Assembly (NCBI GenBank): GCA_043805415.1
Contig: JAZDHZ010000035.1
Span: 8,557-72,556 of the forward strand
DNA from: Candidatus Omnitrophota bacterium
GTDB lineage: Bacteria > Omnitrophota > Gorgyraeia > B26-G9
Direction of reading: 5' to 3'
DNA: 64,000 nt
The position numbers and the translations under genes were made by a program. The notes beneath the pieces are model-generated. The model made no database searches and had not been told where the DNA came from. It was given only the letters and a program-made list of their open reading frames with translations. Below are positions 18,340-27,763 of this stretch, piece after piece (the first letter of the stretch is position 1; each line of letters opens with the position of its first letter).

Positions 18340-18525
18340 CCCAGGCAGATATTCTGACTCTCCTGCTTTTCTGACTGCCTTCCCGCTTTAAAGCAGTGGC
18401 AAATAACTCTGTCAAAAAAGTTCCCTGATATTATCAGGGCAGGATTACAGCGGCGGGACCGTAACGGAATCATTGCCGAGCAATTCACCGTTTTCCCTTT
18501 TAAGCTTTGTAAAGCACCTGTGTTT
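18340..18525 (-). ncRNA. Cobalamin (AdoCbl) riboswitch
   Basis: Minus strand: CAGGUGC...AAAAGGGAAAACGGUG...CCGUUACGGUCCCGCCGCUGUAA...GCCACUG...GGGAAGGC...GAGUCAGAAUAUCUGCCU (B12 box). Confidence 0.95.
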
Positions 18526-18706
18526 ATTTAACTATCAGCTATTATAGCAGACCGATTATCATAGTCAAGATAAAGTAGAGGGAAATAAGGGGACACAATA
18601 CTTAATTAGTCTGAAAAACGAATAAGAATTAACAGAAATTAACAAGGTCAGACCCGAAAAACGGAAAAGATTAAGAGAATATTTTTCCTTGTGACTTTGT
18701 GACTGT

Positions 18707-19441
18707 CTATCCGCTAATCGCTGAACTTTTTGCCGGATACTTGCCGCAGGAAAATTTTTCACCTTCAGGACAGTATTTCAGTTCTTCGCACTTTGCTCCG
18801 GCGTTTTCAAAAATACAAGGCAGTTTTTCCTGAGCCATGGCCAACATTTGATTGGCTAAAGCGCGGATTTCCCACTGCGCCCGGATACAACAGCGATGTT
18901 TGAAAAAATGCAGCAATTCCCGGCAATTCATGGTTAAAACAATTTTAGTTTCCGCGGCCTGGGGCAAAACAAATCGCGCGTCCTGATTAGCCTGTTCCCC
19001 GGTTTTTCCTATTTGCTTAAACCTGGCCAATAGCGCGTTATAGCTTAACTGAATATCCCGCATGGCCTGGACAAATTCAGCTTTAAGTTCAGCATCTGAT
19101 TCTATTGTTGGCGGAATAATATATTGAAAATTACTTTCCTGCACATAACGCTGGCTTTGCTGCGAATAGCTGGCCATGCGGTGTCTGACCAATTGATGAG
19201 TAAGCGCCCGGGAAACCCCTTCCACGGCAAAAGTAAATTTCACATGTTCCAGCGGGCTGTCATGGCCTGAGGCAACAACTTTCCGCACAAACTCAGTCTT
19301 ATCCTGGAGAGAAACATTATCTTGATTAAATATATCTCCGGCAAATTGCGCGCTATAGCACTGCCGGCATGCGGCATAAATAAGTGAAATCGCATTTTCT
19401 GTTGATTCTAAAAGCTGTACGTTTAACTTTACTTGTCCCAC
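18707..19441 (-). CDS. thyX: FAD-dependent thymidylate synthase
   Basis: GHDSPLEH, GVSRALTHQLVRHRMASYSQQSQRY, ARFVLP, AQWEIR. Confidence 0.95.
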   Translation of the reverse strand: MGQVKLNVQLLESTENAISLIYAACRQCYSAQFAGDIFNQDNVSLQDKTEFVRKVVASGHDSPLEHVKFTFAVEGVSRALTHQLVRHRMASYSQQSQRYVQESNFQYIIPPTIESDAELKAEFVQAMRDIQLSYNALLARFKQIGKTGEQANQDARFVLPQAAETKIVLTMNCRELLHFFKHRCCIRAQWEIRALANQMLAMAQEKLPCIFENAGAKCEELKYCPEGEKFSCGKYPAKSSAISG

Positions 19442-19480
19442 AAAATTCTCCGGTTCAAAGATAATTTTTTGCTGTTCTTT

Positions 19481-21730
19481 TTATTCTTTTTCTAATATCC
19501 CCAGAAATAAATCCACAAGCAATGGATCAAACTGAGTACTGGCAACCTCTTTTATCGTCCTCATGGCAACTTTTTTACTACGTGCTTTACGATAACGCCG
19601 ATTGGAAGTCAAAGCCTCATAAGTATCAGCCAGAGCAATGATTCTCGCTCCCAAAGGAATTTCCTCGCCTTTTAAGCCATAAGGGTAGCCCTTACCATCC
19701 CAGCGCTCATGATGATGAAGCATCAGCGGAATAATTGATTGGAAGAAATGAATCGGCCTTAAAATATCCGCTCCGATCTGCGGATGTTTTTTTATTTCTT
19801 CATATTCCAGTGCAGTTAACTTTGACTTTTTCATTAATATTTTTTCACTTATCCCGATTTTTCCCAGATCATGGAGTATTGCAGCTTGCCGAATCCGCTC
19901 TATTTCATCTTTGGGCAGATTTTTTGCTTTTGCCAGCTCAGTGGCATAATGCACGGTTTTTTCAACATGCTCTCCGGTATAATGGTCTTTTATCTCAATT
20001 GTTTTAGCAAAAGCAAAAATCGCTTCGGCCAAGCTTTGATTTGCCCGCTTTGTCAGCTTACCTAATTTATCCTGTAAAGCCACAACATCCGTGCCTTTTT
20101 CTGAATCAAGCGTTGAAACCGGTCTGGTACTGACAATATCCTGATATGAATATACCTTATCTCCCCCGGTTTCTTTGACTTTGTCCAGAATACTATCAGC
20201 GACTTTTATAAAATCACCGGGATTATGAATTCTATCATCCGGGAAACAGGCAACAGCCACGCTTATTTTCAGTTTAACTTTATGCGTTTTATTACCAAAA
20301 GTGTATAATTTAATAATTTCCAGCAGCCTTTGAGCTAAAACCAAAACAATCTCTTTATCCGCCCCGGGAGTAATAATAATAAATTCCTCTCCGCCATAAC
20401 GGATCACAGTATCATATTTACGCACCATTTGGGTTAATTGCTCAGAAAACTGCTTTAAAACCAAATCGCCGAACTGATGGCCGTAAACATCATTTATTGA
20501 TTTAAAATAATCCACATCCAGGAGAATTACTGAAAGCGGCAAGGAATGTCTTTTGGCCCGCATAAATTCAGCTTCAATCGCTTCTTCGAAATAACGATGA
20601 TTATACAGATTAGTTAAAGCATCCCGTAAAGCTAACTGTTTAAGCCGCATATTCATCTTAAGCAGTTCTTTATTTAATGATTTTATATCCCGGTCCATTT
20701 GCCGGCGCCTGATCACATTAGCAAACATGTCCGCGACAAGCCTTAACAGACCCTGAATATCATCAGCCCAGGGTTTTTCCTCTCGCACAGAATCAAAACC
20801 TAAAAAACCGATTACCCCTCCCTGATAAACCATGGGCGCATTTACCAAAGAACGAATACCGGCTAATTCCCATTCTTTTTTTTCCGCTTGCGCCGACTCA
20901 GGTAAATCTGCCAGAGAATAAACATGCACAATCTCCATGGCTTTAATCTGATTAATAATCCAGGGAAAACTGCTTATCGGAACTTGCTTTAATCTTTGAA
21001 TCTGCGGTTCAATACCCAGCGCGCACCATTCATGAGTATTACTCATATTTTTATCATTATCTGAAAAAATAAATATATAACAGCGGTCAATGCCGGCAAA
21101 TTCACCCAACTTGGCAAGAGCTTCATTTATCCCATTATCGAAATTTGCCGCGTTAAGATTAATGAATTTAGCGGATAATGCTGTAATAACATTTTTAAAT
21201 TCATTTTTATAATGCAGCTCTTCTTCTACTTTTTTTCTTTGCGTAATATCCCGCAAAACAATCATAAACGCCACTGGACGGCCCTGGCGATTTTTAATTA
21301 TCGAGCTATTTATTTCAACTGATATCCGCTGCCCGTCGCCTCGGAGTATCTCATACTCAATATTACGCAAAGGAGAACTTAAGGTTTTCTGCAAATTAGT
21401 CCTAGCCCGGTCGCGATCTTCCGACACAATAAGCTCAAAAGCGTTTTTTCCGATCAGGATTTCCAGGTCTTTAATCCCGTATAATTCCAAAGCCTGATCA
21501 TTAAGCATAATGATATTCCCGGATAAATCTAATAAGGCAATTGCTTCCGGCGAGATCTCGACTAAGGTATGGTATAATTCCATACTTTCATGCAGTACTT
21601 CTTCAGCAAGGTTTTTGCCTTTCTTCCCGCTGGTCAGCTGGGAAATCTGGGCTTTAAGATCTTCCATCTCCCGCAATAACTCATCTTTTTCGTTTTTTTT
21701 ATCCATGGAATCCGTTAAGGCTAAAATCAT
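19481..21730 (-). CDS. PAS-GAF-GGDEF-HD-GYP diguanylate cyclase/phosphodiesterase
   Basis: PAS ending RDIT.RK, GAF, DVDYFKSINDVYGHQFGD, RYGGEEF, LHDLGK, HHERWDGKGYP. Start may be at 21706. Confidence 0.92.
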   Translation of the reverse strand: MILALTDSMDKKNEKDELLREMEDLKAQISQLTSGKKGKNLAEEVLHESMELYHTLVEISPEAIALLDLSGNIIMLNDQALELYGIKDLEILIGKNAFELIVSEDRDRARTNLQKTLSSPLRNIEYEILRGDGQRISVEINSSIIKNRQGRPVAFMIVLRDITQRKKVEEELHYKNEFKNVITALSAKFINLNAANFDNGINEALAKLGEFAGIDRCYIFIFSDNDKNMSNTHEWCALGIEPQIQRLKQVPISSFPWIINQIKAMEIVHVYSLADLPESAQAEKKEWELAGIRSLVNAPMVYQGGVIGFLGFDSVREEKPWADDIQGLLRLVADMFANVIRRRQMDRDIKSLNKELLKMNMRLKQLALRDALTNLYNHRYFEEAIEAEFMRAKRHSLPLSVILLDVDYFKSINDVYGHQFGDLVLKQFSEQLTQMVRKYDTVIRYGGEEFIIITPGADKEIVLVLAQRLLEIIKLYTFGNKTHKVKLKISVAVACFPDDRIHNPGDFIKVADSILDKVKETGGDKVYSYQDIVSTRPVSTLDSEKGTDVVALQDKLGKLTKRANQSLAEAIFAFAKTIEIKDHYTGEHVEKTVHYATELAKAKNLPKDEIERIRQAAILHDLGKIGISEKILMKKSKLTALEYEEIKKHPQIGADILRPIHFFQSIIPLMLHHHERWDGKGYPYGLKGEEIPLGARIIALADTYEALTSNRRYRKARSKKVAMRTIKEVASTQFDPLLVDLFLGILEKE

Positions 21731-21856
21731 ACTGGTTAAAAGGAAAAAACCACATCTAGGAATAGAAAAATTATATCGCTTTTTGCTTGTTTTATCAAGG
21801 GATTATGTTCTCTTCCCGCGGATTTCATGTTATTATAGCTAAAAGGAGAGTTAAAA

Positions 21857-22267
21857 ATGGCTGGGCATAATATCAGTACTGATAAAGAAAAAGCGCTTAA
21901 ACTAAAGATGGAAGTTTTAGGAATAAAAGAAGCGGATATCCAGGAGAAATTTATCCGTGCCAGCGGATCCGGCGGGCAAAAAGTAAATAAAACATCCAGC
22001 TGTGTTTATCTAAAGCATATTCCCAGCAATATTGAGATTAAATGCCAGCAAGAACGTTCACAAGCAATGAACCGGTTTTTTGCCCGGAGAATCCTCGTAG
22101 AAAAAATCGAAGAAAAACTGCTAAACGAACAAAGCGCCAAACAAAAACAAATCGCTAAAATCAGGAAACAAAAACAAAAACGTTCCAAGCGGACAAAAGA
22201 AAAGATGTTAAAAGAAAAAAAGATGAATAGCGAAAAAAAGCAACTCCGCGCAAACATAAAAGTCTAA
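21857..22267 (+). CDS. Short class I release factor-like ribosome rescue protein (ArfB/YaeJ-like)
   Basis: RASGSGGQKVNK GGQ motif, ERSQ..N, Lys/Arg-rich C-terminal tail. Confidence 0.85.
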   Translation: MAGHNISTDKEKALKLKMEVLGIKEADIQEKFIRASGSGGQKVNKTSSCVYLKHIPSNIEIKCQQERSQAMNRFFARRILVEKIEEKLLNEQSAKQKQIAKIRKQKQKRSKRTKEKMLKEKKMNSEKKQLRANIKV

Positions 22268-22285
22268 GAGTCTAAAAGAAACTAA

Positions 22286-22336
22286 CCGTTTACCCTGAGC
22301 GACCTGTGGTGAGTATAATCGAACCAAGTCGAAGAG
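22286..22336. repeat. REP-like palindrome (CCCTGAGCG...GTCGAAG) with a related unit nested inside
   Basis: CCGTTTACCCTGAGCGA[CCTGTGGTGAGTATAATCGAACCA]AGTCGAAGAG. Confidence 0.55.
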
Positions 22337-22350
22337 CTATACGCTTTTCA

Positions 22351-22682
22351 GTATTGCGTCGTGAGTCGTGCGTATTGCGCATCACCAAGTCAATGGTCAA
22401 TAGCTAATGGTCGATGGTTAAAAACTTCCAGTCACAATAGTCAAAGGTTTATAGTCAATCGCTTTTTGTTTTTTTGTATTTTCGGCTTTCGTCATTTGAG
22501 TTTATTTAGAATCTTAATATCACGCTATTTTCTGCTTTTACTTTATAACCTTATAAACTTAGATCGCTATTCGCTGTTTTTCCTGTCTTCTGTCATCTGT
22601 TTTCTGTCTGCTTTTAGCTTTTGCTCTTACTATCGACCATGAGCTATCAGCCATCAGCTATAAGCTAAGCGCGAAGCGCTTT
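22351..22682. repeat. Cluster of several degenerate heptamer tandem-repeat arrays
   Basis: GTATTGC/GTCGTGA, GTCAATG/GCTAATG/GTCGATG, TTCTGTC and GCTATCA/GCCATCA arrays between convergent genes. Confidence 0.75.
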
Positions 22683-22813
22683 CTGCTTTTCCTAAACGCT
22701 ACACGCTGTTTTTTAATATTTATTGGCAAAATACCCTTCATATTCAGGGATATGAATTTTAAGATTCTGAAAACTAGTCCCGGCTTGCTGAAAAATGACC
22801 TGCTTTAGATTTT

Positions 22814-23551
22814 TTATAGTTTCATTAAAAAAACCTTATCCTTAAGCAGTTTTTCATACTTTGGTTTATACTCTGGGTAATGTTTTTCTATTGCTTTAAC
22901 CATCAAGCTTTGCTTTGCCATATTAAAATTAATAATCTCAAATTCCGCTTGCTTAACAATTTCTTTGGCTGAATTCACAATCTGTTTAATATCCGAGATC
23001 ATTGGCAAAATCGGGCAAAAATAACTAATCACCTTAAGCTTTTTATTTTGCAGTTTTAGCACTGTTTCCAGACCTGGTTTAAAATCAGGCGCCTGCATAT
23101 TAAATTCACTGTTTAGAACATCCGGCAAAGCATTAATTGTAAAATAAATACTCTGACAATTACCTTTTCCTAAAACATCAAGATAATCAGTAATCAATGT
23201 TGAGCGGCTCATAATTGTAAACTGAATAGCTTGCTCATTGAGTAATTCTAATATCTGCCGGGTAATTCCATATTTTTTTTCAACCGGCTGAAAACACTCA
23301 GTAATTGAACCCAGCAAAACACTTTTCGGCTTAATCAATTCCAGCTCTTTTTTCAGCACTTCAATAGCATTAATTTTAACCTTAACATAAGTTCCCCAGG
23401 CATGATTTTGTTTTTTAGCGGTTTTGCCAAACTGCGCATAACAAAAACAGCAGCCCAGCTGACAGCCCTGATAAGGATTAATCACAAAAGGCGCCAGATT
23501 TATGCCTGTCGGACGCAGGATTGTTTCAACATTTTGCTCAATAATTTTCAT
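22814..23551 (-). CDS. Radical SAM protein (spore photoproduct lyase-like); probable frameshift near the C-terminus, true end may be 22713
   Basis: INPYQGCQLGCCFCYA (CxxxCxxC), GS.TECFQP.E. An alternative frame stays open from the A7 tract (22827..22833) to a stop at 22713..22715. Confidence 0.8.
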   Translation of the reverse strand: MKIIEQNVETILRPTGINLAPFVINPYQGCQLGCCFCYAQFGKTAKKQNHAWGTYVKVKINAIEVLKKELELIKPKSVLLGSITECFQPVEKKYGITRQILELLNEQAIQFTIMSRSTLITDYLDVLGKGNCQSIYFTINALPDVLNSEFNMQAPDFKPGLETVLKLQNKKLKVISYFCPILPMISDIKQIVNSAKEIVKQAEFEIINFNMAKQSLMVKAIEKHYPEYKPKYEKLLKDKVFLMKL

Positions 23552-23648
23552 AATTAACTCTTTTGCTGCAGAACATACTTTATTACAGGGTTCGGTCTAG
23601 AATCAATCATTTTGGCTCATTCTCGCCTTACCTCCTGTAAGGCTCCGA

Positions 23649-23753
23649 GGATAAAGCTCTGATTTTGCCAGTCCTATCAAAATCAGGCTTTAAACCCGCC
23701 TAAATAATTATTCTAGCCCTTTATAGTTTATAGCTTTTAGCTTGCAGCCTTGT
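23649..23753. repeat. About 100-bp dispersed hairpin repeat, copy 2
   Basis: Matches 14702..14806; preceded by a GCCTTAC-CTCCT-GTAAGGC hairpin (23625..23643). Confidence 0.9.
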
Positions 23754-23757
23754 GTCC

Positions 23758-25062
23758 TTATTTTTCAATAAGATTATTTAAAAAAGCATTAGTCATTTTA
23801 AATTTGTGTTTTTTTAACTGACTGATAAAATACTCGACTTTATCAGCTATTGCTTTATTATTATAAAAATCCTGCTGTTTATCCGCTTCCGTGCCGGAAT
23901 AATACACAAAAGGATTAACCTGCTCGATTTTCGGAATTAAATCCTTATGCTTAATTAAAAACTCCAGACTTTCCGCTAAATCATCCTCCGTCTCATCAGG
24001 ATAGCCGACAATAATACTCACCCCAAAATAAACATCGGCTTTTTTTAATTGTTCAAAAAACCGCGCAGCGATTTGTTTGGTAAATCCCTTGCGCATGTTT
24101 TTTAAGGTATTAGCTGAACCGGATTCAAGCCCGACAAACAAATTATAGCAGCCGCTTTGTTTCAGCTTAGCAAAAAGCTGATCCGACATATCCGGCCTTA
24201 TGCCCATTTGCGCTTCCCAGTTTATGCTGCCGAAATTTTTAATTATCGCGTCGCACAAATTTTCTAAATTAACCAAATCCATGTTCAGCATTGAATCATG
24301 AAAAATAAATGACTGCGCTTTATTTTTCTGATGATAAGCAATTTCCTTAATTATATTATCAATGCTTCTTGTCCGGACATGTTTATACAGCAAACGCTCT
24401 GAGCAGAAAGCGCATTTGCGCCTACAGCCGCGTGAAAACAGCAAGGAAACAGAATGTTTACGCGGATAAGAATCTAAATCGATTTGACTATAGCCTAATA
24501 GCGGATTATACACATTCAGATCTTTTAACTCAGAAAACAAAGCTATTTTATTTTTATTGATTTTTCCCTGCAAATAATCGTCTAGTGCCTGTTCTCCTTC
24601 GCCAACTACCAGCAAATCAATATTAGCAAAAGCGCTGATCGAAAAATTTTCCGGATCATTAAAATACAAACGCGTAATCTGCGGGCCTCCCAGCAATATC
24701 TTTATCTTTGGCTTATTTTGTTTAAGCAAGGCAGCAAAACTGAGAGTTGATTTAAAATTACTTTGATAGCAGGAAAATCCCACGATATCAAATTGCGACA
24801 GCTCCTCAACAGTTTGGTTTGTTTGCGCAGGATATAATTGATTAAGCCAAGAAAAAATATTCTCCTCAAGCTCTGAATCAATACTTTTTAACCACTTAGT
24901 TTTTAAATCATCAGTCGCTAAATTATAAAAACGATTGTTCAGATCAAAGATGCTGACTGAGTAGCTCTTTGCCAAAAGAAACCCTCCCAGACAAACCAAA
25001 CTTAAAGGGGGCATTTTCGGCCAAAAAGCCGGAACCAGGCAAAGCGCTATAGATGGATTCAT
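23758..25062 (-). CDS. B12-binding-domain radical SAM protein
   Basis: PPLSL..L, DIVGFSC, LGGPQ, VGEGE (B12-binding domain); SRGCRRKCAFC; GLESGS; IIVGYP.ET. Confidence 0.92.
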   Translation of the reverse strand: MNPSIALCLVPAFWPKMPPLSLVCLGGFLLAKSYSVSIFDLNNRFYNLATDDLKTKWLKSIDSELEENIFSWLNQLYPAQTNQTVEELSQFDIVGFSCYQSNFKSTLSFAALLKQNKPKIKILLGGPQITRLYFNDPENFSISAFANIDLLVVGEGEQALDDYLQGKINKNKIALFSELKDLNVYNPLLGYSQIDLDSYPRKHSVSLLFSRGCRRKCAFCSERLLYKHVRTRSIDNIIKEIAYHQKNKAQSFIFHDSMLNMDLVNLENLCDAIIKNFGSINWEAQMGIRPDMSDQLFAKLKQSGCYNLFVGLESGSANTLKNMRKGFTKQIAARFFEQLKKADVYFGVSIIVGYPDETEDDLAESLEFLIKHKDLIPKIEQVNPFVYYSGTEADKQQDFYNNKAIADKVEYFISQLKKHKFKMTNAFLNNLIEK

Positions 25063-25235
25063 AACTAAAAACTTTCAATTAGATAATAAAAATTAAATCC
25101 ATTTTGCTTTTCAGAAGATTTCATATACAGTATCCCGGCACACAGCACTGATAAGGATTATCCCCAAAGGTGCCTGATTAATATTATTCGCAGGACGAAG
25201 AATGGTTTAAATATACAGCTTGATGATTTTCATAA

Positions 25236-25991
25236 TTAATCAAGCTGTCTTTCTAAAATTAATTTCTTATTTTCAGAATCAATCTTAAAGTCAAAGTGCT
25301 TTAAAAAAGACATACCCAGAAGCCCATCCCAATAATCGACTCCCCTTTCTTCGGTGAGAATAACTGCGCTAACATCCTCGGCCTCCATGCACCCGACCTT
25401 AACTTTATCCAGAACAATCCTTTTAGCAGGAGATTTACTCCCGTCAGCAAGAATCACATATGTATCCGAACCGGAAATGCGATCAAATCCTGCTGATTTT
25501 GCGGCTGCTTTATTTATCATTATTGCGGTTGCTCCTGTATCTACCAATAAATTCAAGGTTTTCTTACCATTTAAAATAGCCTCAACACCAATACTATTAC
25601 GCTTGGATATATATTCAATCGCGTCTTTTTCTATTTGTTGTTTTTGATCATCCAATTCTTCAGTCAGTCTTCTCTTTATTATTTTGTTCTTTTCCTCTAT
25701 TTGCTGCTGTTGATGCTTTTGCGCTCTTTGCTGAGCTTCTTGCTCCCAATTATCCTGCATTGTTTGTTTTTCTTGCCCATCAGAATTTTCAATTTTTTTG
25801 ATTTTTGATCTATAAAGTTTAGTTGAACCAAATCCTAAGTTTATTCTTATATATTTATCTGTTTGCTGTTCTATAACCCCTTCGATTACACTGCCATTTT
25901 TAAGATATACAGTGTCGGCATAAGCCAAATTAAAAAATACAAGGCCTAAACAAAAAATAACAAGCAATCTGAAAGTTTTTATCTTATTCAT
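25236..25991 (-). CDS. Exported retropepsin-like (clan AA) aspartic protease
   Basis: Signal peptide then ADTVYLKNG..IEG, a coiled-coil linker, LLVDTGAT and GLLGMSFL. Confidence 0.85.
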   Translation of the reverse strand: MNKIKTFRLLVIFCLGLVFFNLAYADTVYLKNGSVIEGVIEQQTDKYIRINLGFGSTKLYRSKIKKIENSDGQEKQTMQDNWEQEAQQRAQKHQQQQIEEKNKIIKRRLTEELDDQKQQIEKDAIEYISKRNSIGVEAILNGKKTLNLLVDTGATAIMINKAAAKSAGFDRISGSDTYVILADGSKSPAKRIVLDKVKVGCMEAEDVSAVILTEERGVDYWDGLLGMSFLKHFDFKIDSENKKLILERQLD

Positions 25992-26019
25992 AAATAATAA
26001 TTTGCCTGCTTTGCATGTC

Positions 26020-26964
26020 TTATAATCCTTTTGCTTTTCTCAATATCTCACAAACAGCATCCCAGGATTTTTGCGGATTTTCACAAGTTTCCGAAGTGCC
26101 GATTTGCCCCTGATATGCCCAGGCATAAAGCGCGTCGGGTTTTTCGCTTAACAGAATCCCGCCTTGTTCAATTATCCTCGATTCCCGGCCGCTTTGCACC
26201 CCCCAGGCCTGAAGCCATTGATGATGAAGTTTTTTATTGGCCTTGCACAATCCAGCCATTTCTTTGATCAAAGGACGCGTTTGCTCCACATCAGTCTGCT
26301 CATTAACCCAGTAAATATCAGTACCCAGACTATCCAGAGTATCTATCCGGGCAATATCTTCCCAGGCCTTTTTGTCCTGGGGCATCAGGCAGCACATTGT
26401 CTGCATCCGCGGATAGGTGAGTTTTATATAATCCGCTAAAAGACAGACATAGCGTACAATACTTTTTCTGCGGAAATACTCTTGCTGCTCTGAGTCCGCG
26501 GCGAATAAATTAGCTCGATGCATTGAAGCATAAAGCTCCTGACAAGCCGGACAATAACAATCAATTATTGAAGGCTCATCGATAAAATAGCCGTCAAATC
26601 CCGCGCTAGCGATTTTATCAATCAGACTCTTAATATACACCAGGCTATCCGGATTATTATAACAACCGCTGGGATTATAGGAACCATTTTTATTAACTTG
26701 ATGCGCCTGGGGATGTTCCAGCAGAAATTGGCTGGATTTACCTCCGCCAAAATAATTCAATGCCCCCCAGAAAATCGCCCAGGCAGTTAAGCCATTATCT
26801 TTAGCGATTCGCGGAAAGAAATCTACCTTGCCGCGCATATAAACAAAATCATTCTCCTGGGCCGCGAGAAAAACATCATCACAGCCAAGAGCTTTAATAT
26901 CGCTTAGATCGGTTTGCATATGTTTGGGGTTATGATGCCCCATGTAGGATAGCCCAGTACGCAT
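26020..26964 (-). CDS. Hypothetical protein, probable glycoside hydrolase-like TIM barrel
   Basis: GFDGYFIDEP, CYCPAC and LGTDIYW motifs; no signal peptide. Confidence 0.6.
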   Translation of the reverse strand: MRTGLSYMGHHNPKHMQTDLSDIKALGCDDVFLAAQENDFVYMRGKVDFFPRIAKDNGLTAWAIFWGALNYFGGGKSSQFLLEHPQAHQVNKNGSYNPSGCYNNPDSLVYIKSLIDKIASAGFDGYFIDEPSIIDCYCPACQELYASMHRANLFAADSEQQEYFRRKSIVRYVCLLADYIKLTYPRMQTMCCLMPQDKKAWEDIARIDTLDSLGTDIYWVNEQTDVEQTRPLIKEMAGLCKANKKLHHQWLQAWGVQSGRESRIIEQGGILLSEKPDALYAWAYQGQIGTSETCENPQKSWDAVCEILRKAKGL

Positions 26965-26980
26965 AATACACCTTTTCCGC

Positions 26981-27754
26981 TTAGTTATTTTTGTTCAGGA
27001 TATTAACCATATCTTTATGGATCAGACCATTGCTGGCCACAATATTATTCTTGCCATAATTACTGAATTTACTGCCGTCAGCCTTAGTGACCTTGCCTCC
27101 AGCCTCTCTGACAATCAGCTCTCCCGCGGCTGTATCCCAAGCACAGAGATCAAGCTCCCAGAACCCGTCAAATCTTCCGCAGGCCACATAGCATAAATCA
27201 AGCGTTGCCGCGCCCGCCCTGCGCACAGCCATGGAAGCCATGAGAAAATTAGAAAAATTCTGAATATTATTCTGCTTCGTAGTTTTAAAATCATAGGCAA
27301 AGCCAGTGGCTAAAAAAGACTTTCCCATGTCCTTTACCCGCGAAACTTTGATCCTTTTTTTATTTAAAAAAGCGCCTTTTGCTTTACAGGCAGTAAACAG
27401 CTCCTCACGCATTGGATCATAAACAACTCCGAGAACTGTCTGCCCTTTTTTTTCCAAAGCAATGGACACGCTAAAAAAAGGAAAACCATGGGCAAAATTA
27501 GTTGTACCGTCAATCGGATCAATGATCCACTTAGCCTCGCCTTTTTTTTCTTCCGGTCTTTCTTCGGCCAATATTCCGTATCCCGGAAAAGCTTTGCTCA
27601 GTTTTTTCACAATCAAATCTTCAGCTTTTTCATCAACATCAGTAACAATATTGATTGCCCCTTTATAGCGCACTTTCTTGCGCTTGCCCAAGCAGGACTT
27701 TATCAGTTTTCCGGCTAAAAGCGCGGCATCGGTCGCGACCGCGAGTTCTTTCAT
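26981..27754 (-). CDS. suhB: Inositol monophosphatase family protein
   Basis: WIIDPIDGTTNFAHG, RRAGAATLDLCYVACGRFDGFWE, WDTAAG. Confidence 0.92.
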   Translation of the reverse strand: MKELAVATDAALLAGKLIKSCLGKRKKVRYKGAINIVTDVDEKAEDLIVKKLSKAFPGYGILAEERPEEKKGEAKWIIDPIDGTTNFAHGFPFFSVSIALEKKGQTVLGVVYDPMREELFTACKAKGAFLNKKRIKVSRVKDMGKSFLATGFAYDFKTTKQNNIQNFSNFLMASMAVRRAGAATLDLCYVACGRFDGFWELDLCAWDTAAGELIVREAGGKVTKADGSKFSNYGKNNIVASNGLIHKDMVNILNKNN

Positions 27755-27763
27755 GAAAATTAT

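Noticed and set aside
22361-22642. 93-aa plus-strand ORF
   Set aside because: It is a translation of heptamer-repeat DNA with low-complexity composition.
25080-25230. Slightly GC-richer intergenic stretch upstream of the B12 radical SAM gene, considered as a riboswitch or gene remnant
   Set aside because: No SAM or cobalamin consensus and no convincing ORF or stem.
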